Source of the DNA: Verrucomicrobia bacterium UBA1263
GTDB lineage: Bacteria; Verrucomicrobiota; Verrucomicrobiia; Limisphaerales; UBA1412
Reading direction: 5' to 3'
Length of the DNA: 36,090 nucleotides
NCBI GenBank assembly: GCA_002308515.1
Contig: DBVN01000118.1
Span: 26,407 to 62,496 of the forward strand
The position numbers and the translations under genes are program-made. This document shows, in pieces, positions 33,044 through 36,090 of the stretch (positions within the stretch are counted from its first letter, which is position 1; every line of letters starts with the position of its first letter). The notes beneath the pieces were generated by a model. It did no database searches. It worked only from the letters and a program-made list of their open reading frames with translations, and was not told the origin of the DNA.

Positions 33044-33063
33044 GTAACATATTTTGGGCTAAA

Positions 33064-36054
33064 CTACTTCACCGCTCTGTAGAATTTCTTTCCTTTAGAT
33101 GGTGTGAATGTATAAGCACCGCTTTGGGTACCGCTTACATTCTTCCAGGTCTTCATGTCTGTACTTTCCTGCAGCGTACCCGTGAAGGTGATCTTCCACT
33201 TGCCGCCGCTGGTCTGTGTCAGACTCAGTTCAGGCATTCCGCCCTGCGTCACGGTCAGGATCACCGGGGTGCTCATCACCGCTCCCTGCGCATTGGTGAC
33301 CATCACCATGTATGTTCCCGCGTCGTTTGTGGAGGCTGACGGGATCGTATAGCTGGAACCGTTGGCACCGCTCAGCAGAGAATTATTCTTGAACCACTGA
33401 TAGATCAGAGGCGCGCTTCCGGTCGCCCTCACGCTGAGGGTCACACTGCCGCCTTCGCTGACGGTCTGGCTCTTCGGCTGAGTGGTGATGACCGGTGCGG
33501 ATGGTGCCGCCGTGAACGTCACATTCACCGTGTCAATATCGGCACTGCTCGTTCCGCCGGGTGTCGTGATCATCAGCTGGCCGCTCAGGGTCACGGTCCC
33601 GCTAAAGCCTTCCGGAACGCTCGCGGTATAGGTCAGTGTGCCGGGGAACTGATAATTCCCGCTCATATCGAATCCGCTCCAGCTGACTTTCATACCTCCT
33701 TCCGCTTCAGCGGCGGTTCCGCCATTGCTGATGCCGCTGAAGGTGATATCCTTCCTCTGCCAGGTCTCTTCCAGTGAACCGAAGTATCCCTTCGGCGCGT
33801 TGGAAATCGTCAGCGTAACGGTCGCCTTGTTCCCGGTCACGTTCACACTGCGCCGGACACTCAATCCCGTAGGCGGCGGCTCTGTCTTCACCGTCAGCGT
33901 TGCCGCGCTGCTGGTCACATTACCGGCACTGTTGCTCACGGTCACCGTGTAGCTGCCTTCATCACTGCTCTTCGCACTGCTGATGGTATAGCTGGACTTT
34001 GTAGCTCCGCTGATGGCAGTACCGTTCTTCTTCCATTGATACTTCAGATCGGACCCTGTCGCTGTTACACTAAAGGTCACTGAACTGCCTTCGTTCACTG
34101 TCTGGCTCTTCGGCTGGGTCGTGATGCTCGGCGCGGTCACATCGCTGATCACACTGTCGCCGGTCGTCTGGACTTCTGTCATGTTAAAGGTCGTGCTTCC
34201 CGTCAAGGTCACCGTCCCCGTATAATCGTTCGGCAGTGTTATAGTATAGCTCAAGTCATGTGGGGTTCCCTCCATGAAAGCCCAGCGGAGCGTTCCTTTT
34301 TCTTTTATGTAAACACCGCCATTGCTTATATCACTGATCTCGATTCCTTCCATCACAGGGACGATTTCCTCCACAAAATAGAGGATCACCTCCGGATCCG
34401 GACGCAAACTCAGGCTGACCGTGGCCGTGTTCCCGTTCTTCCGGATCGTTCGGGTACTGGTGCTGTCACCTTCCGAAGCGGCTCTCACCACCAGGTTTTC
34501 CGGCACATCCGGTTCCATTTCTGTCAGTTCCTGCGATGCTACATTAAATTGTTCTATAGGTATTATCACTGGTACTCCAATATTACCACTTCCACTTCCT
34601 CCCGGTTTGATCACTCCCGCTATCCAGCAGTTGGGTTCCTCCTTCTCTGATTTATACAGGTAATCACTGCCATGAAGCCATATCTGCACTCCGCGCGCCG
34701 CGTAAGGTGTTCCAATGACAGTAGAACCGGTAGCGGGTGCCGGGCGTGACCAATTCTTAAACTGCTTCCAGGACATACAGTAACTGGCTATCTCCTGTGT
34801 CGAGATATCCATGTAATCATTCAGATCTGCCGGATGCAGCTTCTCGTTAAAATCTATGCTCCGATCCCCTGTAACATCCTTCTCAATCTCTGTGAAAGTC
34901 ACTTTCCCATTCAGATCCATCTTTTTATAGCAATTCCAGGGCACCTTCACGACATATTGGATATCCCTCGGCTCCGCGTCAAAGAAATACCAGCGGATCG
35001 CGTGGTTAGTCGCACTGTAATATCCTCCGTAACTGTTCGTAATAGCCATTGAATATATGTTTGTAAGATCCAATGGGATAACAGAACTGTTCGTCATGAA
35101 TAGAGTAATATCATAGGACAGTGTATTTGAAAGCGGCGGCAGGATATCCTCCACAAAATAAGAGTTATCCGTGTTCACAGGGGCGGTATGCAGTATCACC
35201 TTGGCATATTTTCCCCTCTTATAAATACTGCTGATCGCTTCTCCCAGCTTGACCGTCAACTTTACACTCTTACTGTTTACATATCCGGCTGCATTGCTCA
35301 CTTTCACCATATAGGTGCCGGTATCATTCCCTGTCGTACTGTTGATAGTATAACTGGAGCCGGTCGCTCCCGCGATAGTTTTGTTATCTTTGTACCATTG
35401 ATAACTCAGCGGTGCCGTACCGGTCGCAGTCACGCTCAGGGTCACATTGCTTCTGGGGCCGACCGTCTGCTCTACCGGTTGGACAGTAATAGTCGGTTTG
35501 ATATTGACTGTTAATGTTGCCAGTGCACTGGTTACATTGCCCGCAATATTGTTCACGACTACCTTATAACGGGTACCTGCATCACTCACCATCGTTTTTT
35601 CGATGGTGTAAGTCTCGCCTGTCGCACCGCTGATGGCAATATTATCCTTATACCACTGATAGCTCAGATTTCCTCCGGTTGCCGTCACACTGAAAACAGC
35701 TCTGTTTCCTTCCGTTACAGTAACATCCTTTGTAAAAGACGCAATGACAGGCTTTGTGATAACCGTCAGCACCGCCTCATCACTGGTCAAATTGCCGATA
35801 CTGTTGCTCACCATCACCGTATAGCTCCCCGCGTCACCGGACTTCACACTGTTGATCTTATAACTGGAACTCGTCGCCCCGCTGATAGCGGTACCGTCTT
35901 TCTTCCATTGATAAGTCATCGGAAGTGTTTTCAGTGAAACGCTGAAGTTTTTCCCCGCGGCAGGAGCCTGGGCAAATACCGTTCCGCACAGCATCCACAT
36001 CGCCGCGCACATCGTTAATATTTTCGTCATTTTCATATACATTAAATTTTTCAT
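33064..36054 (-). CDS. 996-aa secreted Ig-repeat protein with three copies of an unassigned beta-sandwich-like module and a short C-terminal cap domain
   Basis: Signal peptide ..KMTKILTMCAAMWMLCGTVFAQA/P; alternative starts are at 36036 and 36030. There are five Ig-like modules with the YQW(Y/K/F)K..G.....SY.I......D.G.Y.V.V.N..G motif, at aa 31-268, 644-722 and 856-935. Three modules of another type lie at aa ~279-404, ~531-637 and ~733-847. The tail ends KKFYRAVK. Confidence 0.9.
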   Translation of the reverse strand: MKNLMYMKMTKILTMCAAMWMLCGTVFAQAPAAGKNFSVSLKTLPMTYQWKKDGTAISGATSSSYKINSVKSGDAGSYTVMVSNSIGNLTSDEAVLTVITKPVIASFTKDVTVTEGNRAVFSVTATGGNLSYQWYKDNIAISGATGETYTIEKTMVSDAGTRYKVVVNNIAGNVTSALATLTVNIKPTITVQPVEQTVGPRSNVTLSVTATGTAPLSYQWYKDNKTIAGATGSSYTINSTTGNDTGTYMVKVSNAAGYVNSKSVKLTVKLGEAISSIYKRGKYAKVILHTAPVNTDNSYFVEDILPPLSNTLSYDITLFMTNSSVIPLDLTNIYSMAITNSYGGYYSATNHAIRWYFFDAEPRDIQYVVKVPWNCYKKMDLNGKVTFTEIEKDVTGDRSIDFNEKLHPADLNDYMDISTQEIASYCMSWKQFKNWSRPAPATGSTVIGTPYAARGVQIWLHGSDYLYKSEKEEPNCWIAGVIKPGGSGSGNIGVPVIIPIEQFNVASQELTEMEPDVPENLVVRAASEGDSTSTRTIRKNGNTATVSLSLRPDPEVILYFVEEIVPVMEGIEISDISNGGVYIKEKGTLRWAFMEGTPHDLSYTITLPNDYTGTVTLTGSTTFNMTEVQTTGDSVISDVTAPSITTQPKSQTVNEGSSVTFSVTATGSDLKYQWKKNGTAISGATKSSYTISSAKSSDEGSYTVTVSNSAGNVTSSAATLTVKTEPPPTGLSVRRSVNVTGNKATVTLTISNAPKGYFGSLEETWQRKDITFSGISNGGTAAEAEGGMKVSWSGFDMSGNYQFPGTLTYTASVPEGFSGTVTLSGQLMITTPGGTSSADIDTVNVTFTAAPSAPVITTQPKSQTVSEGGSVTLSVRATGSAPLIYQWFKNNSLLSGANGSSYTIPSASTNDAGTYMVMVTNAQGAVMSTPVILTVTQGGMPELSLTQTSGGKWKITFTGTLQESTDMKTWKNVSGTQSGAYTFTPSKGKKFYRAVK

Positions 36055-36090
36055 TATAAATCACTTGTAGCAACGGTGTTAAAAAACAAC

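Noticed and set aside
33016-33339. 107-aa plus-strand ORF starting in the palindrome cluster
   Set aside because: It begins inside the REP-like hairpins and then runs antisense through the tail of the Ig-repeat gene. The peptide is Arg/His/Cys-rich nonsense.
1-36090. Scan for CRISPR arrays, tRNA/rRNA genes, transposases, integrases and known defence-system hallmarks
   Set aside because: I saw no regularly spaced direct repeats, no tRNA-like GTTCGAATC/T-loop contexts outside coding frames, and no DDE, tyrosine- or serine-recombinase motifs in any listed ORF. A by-eye scan cannot exclude small RNAs.

Overview
This is a 36-kb chromosomal segment. The protein styles suggest a PVC-type bacterium (Lentisphaerae/Verrucomicrobia-like), but that is inference only.

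Housekeeping genes:
- leuS.
- An AddB-type helicase-nuclease.
- ilvH.
- A tightly packed menaquinone cluster, menI-F-D-B-C-E.

Large secreted proteins:
- A 1701-aa protein built from ConA-like, PA14 and Ig-like modules.
- A thioester-containing alpha-2-macroglobulin of about 1975 aa.
- A 996-aa Ig-repeat protein.
- A clan GH-A-like glycoside hydrolase.

The only clearly accessory part is an AT-rich islet at about 780-3000. It lies between an unlisted, edge-truncated membrane-protein gene and leuS. It carries a free-standing Rhs-tip ORF: the last YD repeat, the PxxxxDPxGL core end, and a 159-aa C-terminal domain I cannot assign. Two small polytopic membrane proteins follow it. This is my best candidate for an undescribed toxin/immunity module.

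The main noncoding signal is a triple palindrome at 32967-43, between menE and the Ig-repeat gene. Its two outer copies carry a GTAG head in inverted orientation, which resembles a REP/REPIN element.

I found no tRNA, rRNA, CRISPR array, transposase or integrase. All family calls rest on motifs read by eye; no database search was possible.
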